DNA from: an uncultured Actinomycetes bacterium | GTDB lineage: Bacteria; Actinomycetota; Coriobacteriia; Anaerosomatales; PHET01 | DNA: 64,000 nt | Direction of reading: 5' to 3' | Assembly (NCBI GenBank): GCA_963726325.1 | Contig: CAVSCA010000001.1 | Location: forward strand, 50,507 to 114,506 | Part shown: positions 1 to 12,615 of the stretch, one piece after another | How the letters are laid out: every line of letters starts with the position of its first letter | Position numbering within the stretch: position 1 is the stretch's first letter | Notes under the pieces: generated by a model | The model's database searches: none | What the model saw: only the letters and a program-made list of their open reading frames with translations | What the model was told of the DNA's origin: nothing | Made by a program: the position numbers and the translations under genes

Positions 1-1
1 C

Positions 2-172
2 GGCATCATCGCGATGTGGACGTTCCAGATTCTCGAGAACGTCGGTATGACCGTGGGCCTGATGCCCATTACGGGAATCCCGCTGCCCTTCATGAGCTTC
101 GGCTCTTCGTTCATGGTCACCAACATGGCCGCGGTGGGTATGCTTCTGTCAGTCTGGACACGTCGGACCTAG
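2..172 (+). CDS. rodA: RodA/FtsW (SEDS) family protein, C-terminal fragment
   Basis: Frame 2 reads ...ENVGMTVGLMPITGIPLPFMSFGSSF...; this is the SEDS C-terminal signature. TAG at 170-172. Confidence 0.85.
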   Translation, partial: GIIAMWTFQILENVGMTVGLMPITGIPLPFMSFGSSFMVTNMAAVGMLLSVWTRRT

Positions 173-182
173 GGAGTCGTCG

Positions 183-1197
183 ATGGCGTTTCTGTTCGAC
201 ATCAAAGACATGATGAGTTCCGGCGCCTCTCTCAGGACCGAGCGTGAGAAGAACCTTCGCATCGCCGTCTTCGTGGACGCTGAGGCGTCCGACCTGGCCG
301 TTGACGCACTCAAGGATGCGCTGCAGCCCCAGATGAGCACTGCTCGGCTGCACATCGAGCCCGTTGTGCCGGGCGACGTTCTTGTGGTCGAGGAGTCTGC
401 GGACGCAGTCATCGCACTCGCCGGCCCCGGCGCTTCGCTCGCACCCTCCCTTGCCCAGGCGAGGGAGCGGTTCATCCCCACGGTCGTGGTTGTCGCTGGG
501 CGAGTCCCAGGCCGATGCTGCCAGGCGGCTTCAGCACCCCGTGCTGGACACGGTCGCCGATGACGACGCGGAAGAGCTGATCAAGAAGCTGGGGCGCTGG
601 CTGGCCGACCGGGTCAGCGGAAAGCGTCTCGCGCTGGCCGCGAACTTCGCCTTCGTCCGTCGAGCCGTTGCCGAAGAGGCGATCAAGAACACGGCGTTCC
701 AGAACGCCGTCGTCGGCGGCGTGATGATCCTCCCGGGCGCGGACATGCCGGTGATGACGGCGAACCAAGGCAAGATGGTGCTGCAGATCGCCGCCGCGTA
801 CGGCGAGCCCCTGGGACCCGAGCGCATCAAGGAACTTGCGGCTGTGGTGGGCGGCGCGTTCGTCTTCAGAGCGGTAGCGCGCCAAGCGCTCGCGTTCGTC
901 CCCGGGCTGGGGTGGGCGATCAAGGCGGGCATGGGGTACTCCGCCACGCTCGGAATGGGATACGCCGCGCTCGAGTACTTCGAAGAGGGCGGGGATGTCC
1001 GAGGTCTCGCGACGAAGCTGCGGGAGACGAAGGAGCGCATGCTCGAGAAGGTGCGGGCGCGTGGTGGAGCTGAAGAGCCGCCGATCCCGGCACACGGCTG
1101 GGTCGTCGAAGATGAGCCTGCTGAGCCCGCCGACTTGGTGCTCGAGGCGGCGTGGGAGGAAGGCGGCGAGGTCGCGGTCGAGCCGGGGGATATGTGA
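183..1197 (+). CDS. DUF697/YcjF-like membrane protein (frameshift near 490)
   Basis: ORFs 183..563 and 364..1197 join. C-terminal motif 'GADMPVMTANQGKMVLQIAAAYG...FVPGLGWAIKAG' is DUF697-like. Confidence 0.7.
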
Positions 1198-3054
1198 CCC
1201 GCGACGACCTGTGGCCCCGAGTCGAGTCGCTTCTCGCTCAGGTAGAGCGTCCTGCCCGCTATCTGAACCGTGAGTGGGGTTCGCGCCACGAGGATGCCGA
1301 GTACAGGACCGCGCTGCTCTATCCCGACACGTATGAGATCGGACAAGCGAATCAGGCCATCGGGATACTGTACGCGATCCTCAACGGTCTTGATGGGGTG
1401 AGCGCTGAGCGCGTCTACGTCCCGTGGGTGGACCTCGGCGATCTCATGCGCGCGAACGACGTGCCCCTGTTCACCTTGGAGTCCTGTACGCCGCGTCGCC
1501 GATCTCGACCTGCTCGGGATCACGGTCCCCCACGAGCTGTCCTACACCAACATCCTCGAGGCGCTCGATCTGGCCGGGATTCCGTTGCGCGCCGATCAGC
1601 GCGGCGAGGACGTGCCGCTCGTTGTGGGTGGCGGTCCCTGCGTCTACAACCCCGAACCGTTCGCCGCGTTCTTCGACGCGATTCTGATCGGCGAGGGCGA
1701 GGACGCGATCGTCGATATCGTTGCGGCGCACCGAGCGTCGAAAGAGGCCGGGCTCTCGCGAGCCGAGACGCTGCAGCGTCTCGCGGCGGTTGACGGCGTG
1801 TACGTGCCCTCGCTGTATACGCCGCGCTTCGACGACGGGGTATTCGCGGGCATGGCGGCCACGCAGGGCTCGGCTGTCGTGGTGCGCAAGCGCGTGGTGC
1901 GCGATCTTGACGAGTACGAGGTGGCGAGCTGCCCGATCGTGCCGTTCATGGACGTGGTGCACGACCGTTTCGCTGTCGAGGTGCTGAGAGGCTGCACGCG
2001 AGGATGCAGGTTCTGCCAGGCGGGCATGGTCTACCGACCCGTTCGCGAGCGCAGTGCCGACACCGTGGTTCGCGAAGTGCTCGACGGATTGAGATGCACG
2101 GGCTACAACGAGGCGTCGCTCACGTCGCTGTCGACCGCGGATCACAGCCAGCTCGAGGAGATCCTGCGTCGGCTGCAGCGCCGCACCGCTGGTACCGGAG
2201 TGTCGGTATCGTTGCCGAGTCTTCGTGTCGACGGCTTCAGCGTCGAGATGGCTCGGCTGATATCGACCGGCAAGAAGACCGGGCTCACCTTCGCTCCTGA
2301 AGCGGGAACGCAGCGGCTGCGCGATGTGATCAACAAGAACGTGACCGAGGACGATCTGCTCTCCACGGTGGATCTGGCGTTCTCGGCGGGTTGGCGCCGC
2401 GTCAAGCTCTACTTCATGCTCGGCCTGCCCACGGAGACCGACGACGATATCCGCGGGATCGGAGCGCTCGTCCGCCTGGTGCTCGACACGGCCAGGGCGG
2501 CGACTCCGCCTCAGCAGCGAGGGGGCATTCGCATCGGGGTGAGCGTGTCGACGTTCGTGCCGAAGGCCGGCACGCCGTTTCAGTGGGAGGCCCAGGCCAC
2601 TCCCGAGGCGGTTCGGCACAAGCAGGCCGTCTTGCGCGAGTCGATGCCGCGCAAGGGGGTCGACCTTCACTGGCACGACGCGGACGTCTCCTTCGTGGAG
2701 GGCGTGATGGCGCGAGGGGGTCGCGAGCTCGCCCAAGTGGTCGAGACCGCATGGCGCTCGGGCGCCCGTTTCGACGCCTGGACCGAGCGGTTCGGTCTCG
2801 GGACGTGGATGGCGGCGTTCGAATCGTGCGGTGTGTCGCCGGAGCAGCTCGCACATACGGAGCGCGACGCAGAGTCGGCCTTGCCCTGGGACCACCTGTC
2901 CTCCGGCGTATCGCGGCGCTACCTGCTGCGCGAGCGGGAGCGTGCCTACTCGGCACTCCCTACCGCCGACTGCAGCTTCGAAGGCTGCACGGGCTGCGAC
3001 GCGTGCGACGATCTGGGGGTCGACATCGTGCTCGGGGGAGGTTCGAGGCGGTGA
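1194..3054 (+). CDS. TIGR03960-family B12-binding radical SAM protein (frameshift near 1495)
   Basis: N-terminal 'VERPARYLNREWG...YPDTYEIG', CxxxCxxC motif (CTRGCRFC), C-terminal Cys cluster CSFEGCTGCDAC. Lies in the rodA-rng context. Confidence 0.85.
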
Positions 3055-3743
3055 CGTCGGGCGAGTACAGACTGAGGGTTCGCTATCGCAAGACCGGCAG
3101 GCTGCGGTGGCTGTCCCATCTCGAGGTGGTGCACGCCTTGGAGAGGATGATTCGCCGGGCCGAGTTGCCGTTCGCCGTGACCCAGGGGTTCAGCCCCCAC
3201 CTCAAGGCCGCTTTCGGCCCCGCGCTGCCGGTGGGGACGGCCGGTGAGAACGAGTACCTCGACGTGTGGCTGAGGGAGTACACTGATGCAGCGCGCGTTG
3301 CGGCGCGGCTTGCCGAGGTCTCGCCTGAGGACCTGGCTCCGACGGCCGCCCGCTACGTCGCGGGAGACGAGCCTTCGTTGACGGCGGCTCTGACGATAGG
3401 CCTGTACGACGTCGGGTTGGACGGAAGGGAGCTGGATTCGGAGACAGTGCGCGCGGCGCTCGAGAAGGTCCTGGCGGCGGGCGAGCTGACAGTTGTCAAC
3501 AAGGGCAAGAACAAGGCTTACGATCTGACGCGCTGCGTCCCGAAGGACGTTCGTGTCACCGATCGAGAGGGTGGTGTGAGCGTAGAGCTCGCCATCCGAA
3601 TGGGGCCGCAAGGGTCCCTTCGCCCCGAAACACTCGTCAGAGCGGCCATCGAAACGACCGGTACCGAGTTGACCGCCGTGCACACGACGCGGCTGGACAC
3701 GCTCGTCGAATCGGATGAGGGGGTCTGGTCGCAACCGTTGTGA
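3051..3743 (+). CDS. TIGR03936/DUF2344 radical SAM-associated protein
   Basis: 'RVRYRKTGRLRWLSHLE...LPFAVTQGFSPH...FGPALPVG' signature; GTGA overlap with the upstream gene. Confidence 0.85.
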   Translation: MTSGEYRLRVRYRKTGRLRWLSHLEVVHALERMIRRAELPFAVTQGFSPHLKAAFGPALPVGTAGENEYLDVWLREYTDAARVAARLAEVSPEDLAPTAARYVAGDEPSLTAALTIGLYDVGLDGRELDSETVRAALEKVLAAGELTVVNKGKNKAYDLTRCVPKDVRVTDREGGVSVELAIRMGPQGSLRPETLVRAAIETTGTELTAVHTTRLDTLVESDEGVWSQPL

Positions 3744-5257
3744 CGGGAGTGGACCAGGTGGCCGACGTGGCCCGCGAGATGCTCATCTCGCACGACAGCA
3801 ACGAGACCCGGGTTGCGCTGCTCGAGGACCGGGAACTCGTCGAGCTCTACATCGAACGCCCCAAGCGAAGCGTGGTCGGCAACGTCTACCTCGGCCGGGT
3901 GAGCGACGTGCTGCCCGGGATGCAGGCTTCCTTCGTCGATATCGGCTTGGAGAAGAACGCCTTCCTCTACGTTGACGAGGTCGTCGCCCCGGAGGGCGTC
4001 GAGGGCGTTCCGAAACGCGACATCCAGCGGCTGCTCAAGCCCGGTCAACAGCTCATGGTCCAGGTGCTCAAGGACCCGATGGGCACGAAGGGCGCTCGCG
4101 TCACCACCGAGATCACGCTCCCCGGGCGGTTCCTCGTGCTGATGCCGTTCTCGCGCTTCGTGGGCGTGTCCAAGAAGCTCCCGGACGGCGAGCGCGACCG
4201 GCTGCACGCGATCATCGACGACCTGGTGCCCGAGGGGATGGGCGTGATCGTGCGCACCGTGGCCAACGGCGCCTCCGAGCGCGACCTCACCACCGACCTC
4301 GAGTTCCTGTCGCGCCTGTGGAAGCGCGTCAAGCATCAGGCCGAGGAGGCGCTTCCCCCCGAGGTCATCTACACCGAGATGGATCTGGCTCTTCGCCTGG
4401 TCAGGGACGTGTTCTCCGACGAGTTCAAACGGATGGTCGTTGACGACAAGGCCACCTTCGAGAAGGTGGTGTCGTTTCTGAAGAAGTCCTCTCCGCAACT
4501 CGCGAAACGCGTCCAGCTGCACAAGGAGCGCACGCCGCTGCTCGAGTCGTTCGGAATCACCGACGTGATCGAGTCGGCGCTCAGGCGCACCGTTCCTCTT
4601 GCGAGCGGCGGACACCTGACCATCGACAAGACCGAGGCGCTCACCTCGATCGACGTCAACACGGGCAAGTTCGTCGGGAAGCGGAGCCTGGAGGAGACGA
4701 TACTGCGCACCAACCTCGAGGCGGCCGAGGAAGCGGTCAGACAGCTGCGTCTTCGTGACCTGGGCGGGATCATCGTCATCGACTTCATCGACATGGAGCA
4801 GCCGGCGAGCAGGACCCAGGTCGCCCAGCGTCTCAGCGCCGCTCTTGCCAAGGATCGTACCCGCACCCGCATGAGCGAGATGTCGCGCCTGGGCCTCGTC
4901 GAGCTCACACGCAAGAACGTCACCGACGGCCTATACGGCGTGCTCACGGAGCGCTGCCCGTGCTGCGACGGGGAGGGGCGGGTCGTTTCTCGGCAGACAC
5001 GGCGCATCGCGGTCGAGCGACGAATGCGCGAGATCCTCCGAAACGGTGCTTCCGGAGCGTACCTGTTCGGGTTGAATCCCGACACGTTCAAGCTGATCAC
5101 GGAGCCGGGCCTCAACGTTGCGGCCGCGCTGCGGGCCGATACCGGCTCACAGGTGACGATCGTGCCGGACGAAGAGGCGGCTCCAACCGAGGTCAGAGTG
5201 CTGATCGAGGGCAGGACGGGGCTGTTCGGACGCGCACCGTGGCGCTCGAGGGGATAG
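3740..5257 (+). CDS. rng: Rne/Rng family ribonuclease
   Basis: S1 domain 'GNVYLGRV..VLPGMQASFVDIG', 'IDVNTG', 'GGIIVIDFIDM', Zn-link CPCC. Confidence 0.92.
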   Translation: MTGVDQVADVAREMLISHDSNETRVALLEDRELVELYIERPKRSVVGNVYLGRVSDVLPGMQASFVDIGLEKNAFLYVDEVVAPEGVEGVPKRDIQRLLKPGQQLMVQVLKDPMGTKGARVTTEITLPGRFLVLMPFSRFVGVSKKLPDGERDRLHAIIDDLVPEGMGVIVRTVANGASERDLTTDLEFLSRLWKRVKHQAEEALPPEVIYTEMDLALRLVRDVFSDEFKRMVVDDKATFEKVVSFLKKSSPQLAKRVQLHKERTPLLESFGITDVIESALRRTVPLASGGHLTIDKTEALTSIDVNTGKFVGKRSLEETILRTNLEAAEEAVRQLRLRDLGGIIVIDFIDMEQPASRTQVAQRLSAALAKDRTRTRMSEMSRLGLVELTRKNVTDGLYGVLTERCPCCDGEGRVVSRQTRRIAVERRMREILRNGASGAYLFGLNPDTFKLITEPGLNVAAALRADTGSQVTIVPDEEAAPTEVRVLIEGRTGLFGRAPWRSRG

Positions 5258-5306
5258 TCCTGATTCGGACGGACACGCCCGGTGCCGTGTTGGGCCCTGA
5301 GGCGCG

Positions 5307-5335
5307 TTGACGCACTTCGGCAGCCCTGTTAGCAT
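5307..5335 (+). promoter_or_regulatory. Sigma70-type promoter of rplU-rpmA
   Basis: TTGACG-17 nt-TAGCAT with an extended -10 TG. Confidence 0.65.
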
Positions 5336-5373
5336 ATCTCCTCGCGTGTTTACCAAGCGATGAAAGGTTTTCG

Positions 5374-5784
5374 ATGTACGCAATCGTTTCCACCGGTGGC
5401 AAACAGCTCAAGGTCGCCGCAGGCGATGTTGTCTCGGTCGAGAAGCTCGATGCCGCTGTAGGGGATAGTGTCACGTTCGACGTGATCTTCCTGGCGGATG
5501 AGGGCGAGATCGTCGTCGATAGCGACGCGCTCGCCGCCGCCAAGGTGACCGGCGAGGTCGTCGAGCAGTACAAGGGCGACAAGGCCATCATCTTCAAGTT
5601 CAAGAAGCGCAAGGGCTACAAGCGCCTCAAGGGTCACCGCCAGAACCTGACCCGCGTGCGCATCACGGACGTGGTTGCGGGCGAGCCCAAGAAGAAGGCT
5701 GCGCCCAAGAAGAAGGCGGCCCCCAAGAAGACCGAGGAGGCCGCAGCCGAGACAGCTGAGGCCGCGGTCGCTGCGACCGAGTAA
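5374..5784 (+). CDS. rplU: 50S ribosomal protein L21 with Lys/Ala-rich C-terminal tail
   Basis: [11 protein letters not shown]...KGHRQ. Confidence 0.97.
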   Translation: MYAIVSTGGKQLKVAAGDVVSVEKLDAAVGDSVTFDVIFLADEGEIVVDSDALAAAKVTGEVVEQYKGDKAIIFKFKKRKGYKRLKGHRQNLTRVRITDVVAGEPKKKAAPKKKAAPKKTEEAAAETAEAAVAATE

Positions 5785-5801
5785 GGCAGGGATCACCAGA
5801 C

Positions 5802-6056
5802 ATGGCTCACAAGAAGGGTCTGGGCTCGACGAAGAACGGCCGCGACTCCCGCGCCAAGCGCCTGGGTGTCAAGCGGTTCTCGGGCCAGACGGTCACCACG
5901 GGCACCATCATCGTTCGCCAGCGTGGCACGCACATCCATCCGGGTGAGGGTGTCGGCCGCGGCGGGGACGACACGCTGTTCGCGCTTCGCGAGGGCGTCG
6001 TCGAGTTCACTCGCGGCATGAAGCGCCGCGTACACGTTCGACCGCTCGAGGGCTGA
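5802..6056 (+). CDS. rpmA: 50S ribosomal protein L27
   Basis: [16 protein letters not shown]. Confidence 0.98.
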   Translation: MAHKKGLGSTKNGRDSRAKRLGVKRFSGQTVTTGTIIVRQRGTHIHPGEGVGRGGDDTLFALREGVVEFTRGMKRRVHVRPLEG

Positions 6057-7517
<1,461 letters not shown>

Positions 7518-7521
<4 letters not shown>

Positions 7522-8622
7522 GCGGCAAGCGGATCGTCATCAAGGTCGGTTCGTCGACGCTCGCACCCGAGGGCGGGGCGATCGACCAAGAGTACGTCGA
7601 GGCTCTGGTCGGCCAGGTGTGCGGGCTGCGCGAGCAAGGGGCACGAGCCGGTGATCGTCAGCTCCGGCGCGATCGCCGCCGGCCTCGAGCGGCTGGGGAT
7701 GACCGCGAGGCCCACGGACATGCCTTCCTTGCAGGCGGCGGCGTCGGTCGGTCAGGTGGCACTGATCGAGACCTACGCGTCGTTCTTCTCGGCGCGAGGG
7801 GTGGTGGTCGGGCAAGTACTGCTCACGCGTCACGACACCGGACACCGCGAAGCGTACCTCCACGCACGGGACACCTTCGAGCGGCTGCTCTCCATGCGAG
7901 CCGTGCCCATCGTCAACGAGAACGACACGGTGGCGGTCGATGAGATCCGCATCGGAGACAACGACACCCTGGCCGCGCTCGTGGCGACGATGATCAGGGC
8001 GGACCTCGTGATCGTGCTCTCGGACATCGAGGGGCTCTACGACGCCGACCCCCGTGTCAGCGCCGAAGCGCAGTTGCTCGAGCACGTCGCGGAGCTCACC
8101 GACGACCTCGTTGCGGCGGCCGGCGGTGCGGGAACCGAATCCGGCAGCGGGGGCATGGCAACCAAGATCGAGGCCGCTCGCGTGCTCATGAAGGCCGGCA
8201 TCCCGATGGTCGTCTGCGACGGCGCACGACCCAACGTGATAGCGGACGCAGCCGAAGGGCGCCAGTGCGGCACCGTGTTCGCGCCGGGAGAGGGCACGCT
8301 CGGCGCTCGCAAGCTGTGGATCGCCTTGGGCCGCAGGCCCGCGGGCGACATCGTCGTCGACGACGGCGCTCGCGCGGCACTTCTCGAGCGGCAGACGTCG
8401 CTGCTTCCTGCAGGCGTGGTGCGCGTGAGCGGCGGGTTCAAGGCGGGCGATGCGGTAGTATTGAAGGACGAATCGGACGCGGTCATCGGCAGGGGGCTGA
8501 GCGGGTTCTCGGCGGCCGATCTCGATCGGGTCAAGGGCATGAAGACCTCGGAGATATCGGTGCAGTACCCGCAGTTGGCTGGCAAAGAGGTCGTCCACCG
8601 GGACAGCCTCGTCATCTTGTAG
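7518..8622 (+). CDS. proB: Glutamate 5-kinase (frameshift near 7640)
   Basis: 'IVIKVGSS', 'VSSGAIAAG', 'NENDTV', 'GDNDTLAA', 'GGMATKI' and a PUA domain. Confidence 0.95.
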
Positions 8623-8653
8623 ACGGCGATCGCAGCACAGAAGGGGCGGGTAG

Positions 8654-9908
8654 ATGTCGAGCGTACTCCACATGGCCGAGCAGGCCCGCGAGGCCGCTTC
8701 CGCACTTGGGATCACCTCCACCGAGCAGCGCAACAAGGCCCTCCTGGTGATGGCGCATGCGCTGATCACCAAGCAAGACGACATACTCGCGGCCAACAGC
8801 GCCGACATGGACGCGGCGCGGGAGAGTGGCACGGGTGCGGGTCTGCTCGACAGACTCGAGCTCACGCCCGCCCGTTTGAAGTCGATGTCCGAGGCGCTTC
8901 GCGCGCTTGCCTCGCTGCCCGACCCCATCGGCGAGGTGATCGAGGGCCACACGCTCCCCAACGGCATCGAAGCCCGCCAGATCCGCGTGCCCTTGGGCGT
9001 GGTCGGCATGATCTACGAGGCGCGTCCCAACGTCACCGCGGATGCAGCGGGACTGTGCATCAAGACCGGAAACGCCGTGATCCTGCGCGGTGGGTCGATG
9101 GCTCACAACAGCAACCTGGCGCTGACCCGAGTGCTCGCGTCGGCGGCGTGCGGTGCGGGCATGCCCGAGGGCTGCATCCAGGCGATCGAGACGACCGATC
9201 ACTCCGCCGCCGAGGAACTCATGGGGCTGCACGGCTACATCGACGTGCTCATTCCCAGGGGCGGCGCGGGGCTGATCAAGAGCGTGGTCGAGAACGCCAA
9301 GGTGCCGGTCATCGAGACGGGTACGGGCAACTGCCACGTCTACATCCACACTGCCGCCGACCCTGAGATGGCTCGCAAGGTGGTCATCAACGCCAAGTGC
9401 CAGCGTCCCAGCGTGTGCAACGCCGCCGAGTCGCTGCTGATCGACGAAGCCGATCTACGAGACGGTTCTGCCCTCGATTCTCAAGGAGCTCGAGGAAAAC
9501 GGCGTGACTCTCTACGCCGACGACAAGACCCGCTCCCTGGGCGCCGTGATGCGTATCGAGCCGGCCACCGAGGAAGACTGGGCCACCGAGTACCACGAGC
9601 TCAAGATGTCGGTGAAGGTCGTTGACGGTCTCGACGAGGCCATACGGCACATCAACCGGTACGGCACCAAGCACTCCGAGGCGATCATCACCGGCGACTA
9701 TGCGGCTGCGCGCCGGTTCCTGCAGGAGGTCGACGCGGCAGCGGTCTACGTCAACGCGTCGACGCGCTTCACCGACGGGGGCGAGTTCGGGCTCGGGGCG
9801 GAGATCGGCATCTCCACGCAGAAGCTGCACGCTCGCGGCCCGATGGGCCTCACTGCGCTCACCTCGACCAAGTTCATCTTGATGGGAGACGGGCAGATCA
9901 GGTCGTGA
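8654..9908 (+). CDS. proA: Glutamate-5-semialdehyde dehydrogenase (frameshift near 9450)
   Basis: '[16 protein letters not shown]', 'CNAAE', '[30 protein letters not shown]'. Confidence 0.95.
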
Positions 9909-10525
9909 TTCGCGGCGCACGCCTAGGAATCATGGGTGGGACGTTCGATCCCATTCACTTCGGCCACCTCGTCACCGCCGAGGAGGCCTTGGTCCAGTTC
10001 AACCTGGATCGGGTGATCTTCATGCCGACCGGGAACCCGGCGGCCAAGGCGCACGAGGTGGTCTCGCCGGCGGAGCACCGCTACCTGATGACGGTGCTCG
10101 CCACCGCGGCGAACCCGGACTTCGACGTCAGCCGGATGGAAGTCGACCGCCCCGGTCTGACCTACACCATCGAGACGCTGACGGCTCTGCGCCAGGAGTA
10201 CGGCCCCTCGGCGGAGCTGTACTTCATCACCGGCGCGGATGCCGTGTGGGAGATCGTCACGTGGAAGGACGCCAAGGAGGTTGCCGATCTCGCCACGTTC
10301 ATCGCTGCTACGCGGCCCGGCTACGATCTCGAGGCGGCGCGCGGGCTGCACGAGCAGGCCGCCACAGGATTCCGGATCGAGTACATCGAGGTGCCTGCGC
10401 TGGCGGTCTCTTCGACCGACCTGCGCCGCCGAGTCGCGGAGCGCCGCCCGATCCGCTACCTGACTCCGGAGTCGGTCGTCGCCTACATCGAGAAGCACGG
10501 GCTCTACCGGGAGATCGGCCAGTGA
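9905..10525 (+). CDS. nadD: Nicotinate-nucleotide adenylyltransferase
   Basis: '[11 protein letters not shown]', 'FITGAD', 'VSSTDLR'. Confidence 0.95.
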   Translation: MIRGARLGIMGGTFDPIHFGHLVTAEEALVQFNLDRVIFMPTGNPAAKAHEVVSPAEHRYLMTVLATAANPDFDVSRMEVDRPGLTYTIETLTALRQEYGPSAELYFITGADAVWEIVTWKDAKEVADLATFIAATRPGYDLEAARGLHEQAATGFRIEYIEVPALAVSSTDLRRRVAERRPIRYLTPESVVAYIEKHGLYREIGQ

Positions 10526-11103
10526 CCACGGCCGTCTACGAAAGCGCGGCGTCCGCGCTCCGAGAGCGTCTCGGCGAAGAGGCTCTCGCCCACAGCGAGC
10601 GCGTCGCCGATACGGCCGAGGGCCTTGCCGCCATCTACGGTGTCGACGTCGAGTCGGCTCGGCTCGCCGGGTTGCTGCACGACTGGGACCGCGAGGCGAG
10701 CCACGACGAGCTGCTCGACAGCGCGCGGGGCGAGGGTCTCGCTCTTGCCACTGCCGAGGAGGTCCAGCCCAGGCTGCTTCACGCACGCACGGCAGCCGCG
10801 TCGCTGGCACGCGAGTTCCCCGGATTGCCGGCCGAGGTGGTCTCGGCGGTCGCGCGACACACCGTGGGTGAAGCCGGAATGGGCGATCTGGACAAGATCG
10901 TCTACCTGGCCGACATGCTCGAGCCGGCACGGGACTTCGAGGGCGCGGATGACCTTCGCGAGGCGGTAGGGACGCTGACCCTCGACGAGCTGTTCGCTCG
11001 CGCGTACCAGCACTCGCTCATGTATCTGGTACGCGAGCGCAAGGTCATCCACCCCGACACGGTCGCCGTGTGGAACGCTCACGTGGCCGGGGAGGCGCGA
11101 TGA
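10522..11103 (+). CDS. yqeK: YqeK HD-domain Ap4A hydrolase
   Basis: 'HSERVA...LLHDWD...LLHA...HTVG...IVYLADMLEP'; follows nadD. Confidence 0.88.
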   Translation: MTTAVYESAASALRERLGEEALAHSERVADTAEGLAAIYGVDVESARLAGLLHDWDREASHDELLDSARGEGLALATAEEVQPRLLHARTAAASLAREFPGLPAEVVSAVARHTVGEAGMGDLDKIVYLADMLEPARDFEGADDLREAVGTLTLDELFARAYQHSLMYLVRERKVIHPDTVAVWNAHVAGEAR

Positions 11104-12221
11104 GCGAGGAGCGCCCCCGCCGATACAAGGCGTCCCAAGCTCCCGAGGTGCCCTCCGGCTACCGACAGTCACGCCGGGGATCGAAGGCCGCCAAGTCGGC
11201 CAAGCGCGCCGATCGGCAGCATCGGGTGTTCACTGGCTTGAGCCGTCTGGGCAAGAGCGCGCGGAACCTGCTCTACGTGGCCGCATGGGCGCTCGGAGCG
11301 ATCGGTCTGGCGCTGCTCGCTGTCTTGCTGGTCGTGACCGCCGTCAACACGATCGCGAGGTGGAGCGCGCAGCGCGAAGCGCAGCAGGCCGTCACACCTG
11401 CTCGGCGGGCCCTGCACGAGAAGGAAGACGTGCTGGTGATCGCGACCGAGGGGGATCGCGCGACCGGATTCCTCGCGATGCGCATCGACTCGAAAGGCGG
11501 GCAGGTCTACGGCATAGCGATACCCGACGGCGCGTTCATCGACGTACCCGGCCAGGGCTTCGAACGCATCGGCGAGGCGTATGAGGCCGGTGCTGATGTC
11601 GCCCTCTCGGCTGTCTCGAACTACTTGACCGTGCCCTTCAAGAACTACGTCGTGGTGCCGAAGTCCGCCTACTCGGCTGCGCTCAGGGAGATGTCGGTCG
11701 ACGGAGTGGTGGCCGCGGCGACGAAGAGCAACCTGAACGCCGCCGAGCTCAAGGAGCTCGGGACGACGCTCGGGCGGATCGACCAGAAGAACGTGGCGCT
11801 CGTGCCGATGCCGGTCAAGCCCATCAAGCTGGGCGACCAGACCTACTTCGAGCCTCAGCGCAAGGAGATCGCCGACCTGCTTCGCCAGTGGTGGGGTGTG
11901 GACGCGAGCAGAGAGGTGAGCGCCGTACGTGTGATCGTCTACAACGGAGTGGGCAAGCCCGGGGCTGCAGGCGAGGCTGCTCAGCAACTGATCCGTGGCG
12001 GGTTCCGCGTGGTCGACACGAAGAACGCCGACAGCTTCAACTACGACAAGACCAAGGTCATCGTTCGGCGAGGCACCGCGGCGCAGGGCGAGGCCGTCAA
12101 GGCCGCGCTGGGCGTCGGAGAGGTGAGTTCGGACCCCTCCACCGGCGACGTGACCGACGTGATCGTGATCGTGGGCAAGGACTTCAAGGCCACGCCCGCA
12201 CAAGGGGAAGGAGCGCAGTGA
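11100..12221 (+). CDS. Membrane-anchored LCP-like protein with LytR C-terminal domain (degenerate LCP core)
   Basis: One TM helix, LCP-like strands, C-terminal 'VIVYNGVGKPGAAGEAA...DVIVIVGKDF' (LytR_C). Confidence 0.75.
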   Translation: MSEERPRRYKASQAPEVPSGYRQSRRGSKAAKSAKRADRQHRVFTGLSRLGKSARNLLYVAAWALGAIGLALLAVLLVVTAVNTIARWSAQREAQQAVTPARRALHEKEDVLVIATEGDRATGFLAMRIDSKGGQVYGIAIPDGAFIDVPGQGFERIGEAYEAGADVALSAVSNYLTVPFKNYVVVPKSAYSAALREMSVDGVVAAATKSNLNAAELKELGTTLGRIDQKNVALVPMPVKPIKLGDQTYFEPQRKEIADLLRQWWGVDASREVSAVRVIVYNGVGKPGAAGEAAQQLIRGGFRVVDTKNADSFNYDKTKVIVRRGTAAQGEAVKAALGVGEVSSDPSTGDVTDVIVIVGKDFKATPAQGEGAQ

Positions 12222-12611
12222 ACTCGAGCAAGGAGTTCGCGCTGGTCGCCGCCGATGCGGCGAGCGACAAGAAGGCGGTCGACATCGTCGCCATCGAGGT
12301 GTCGGAGCTGCTCGTCGTGACCGACTACTTCGTGATCTGCTCCGGCAACACCGACATCCAGGTTCGTGCCATCGCCGATCAGGTCGAGGACCGGCTTCGT
12401 GAAGAGTGCGCGATCAAGCCGATCGGCCGAGAAGGTGTTGACGAGGGCAAGTGGGTCCTGCTCGACTTCGGCGATCTCGTCGTGCACGTGTTCCAGCCTG
12501 AGGAGCGAGCGTTCTACCGGCTCGAGAACCTGTGGAGCGATGCGCCGCGGCTGGAGCTGCCGGCGAGCGTCGCCGCCAGCTCAGCCCGCTCCGAGCGAAG
12601 ACGCCGAGTAG
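12218..12611 (+). CDS. rsfS: Ribosome silencing factor RsfS (3' end uncertain)
   Basis: 'DKKAVDI...TDYFVICSG...WVLLDFGDLVVHVF...RAFYRLENLW'. Confidence 0.92.
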
Positions 12612-12615
12612 GTCC

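Noticed and set aside
5785-5801. Absence of prp (ysxB) between rplU and rpmA
   Set aside because: This L27 has no N-terminal extension to cleave, so the absence is expected.
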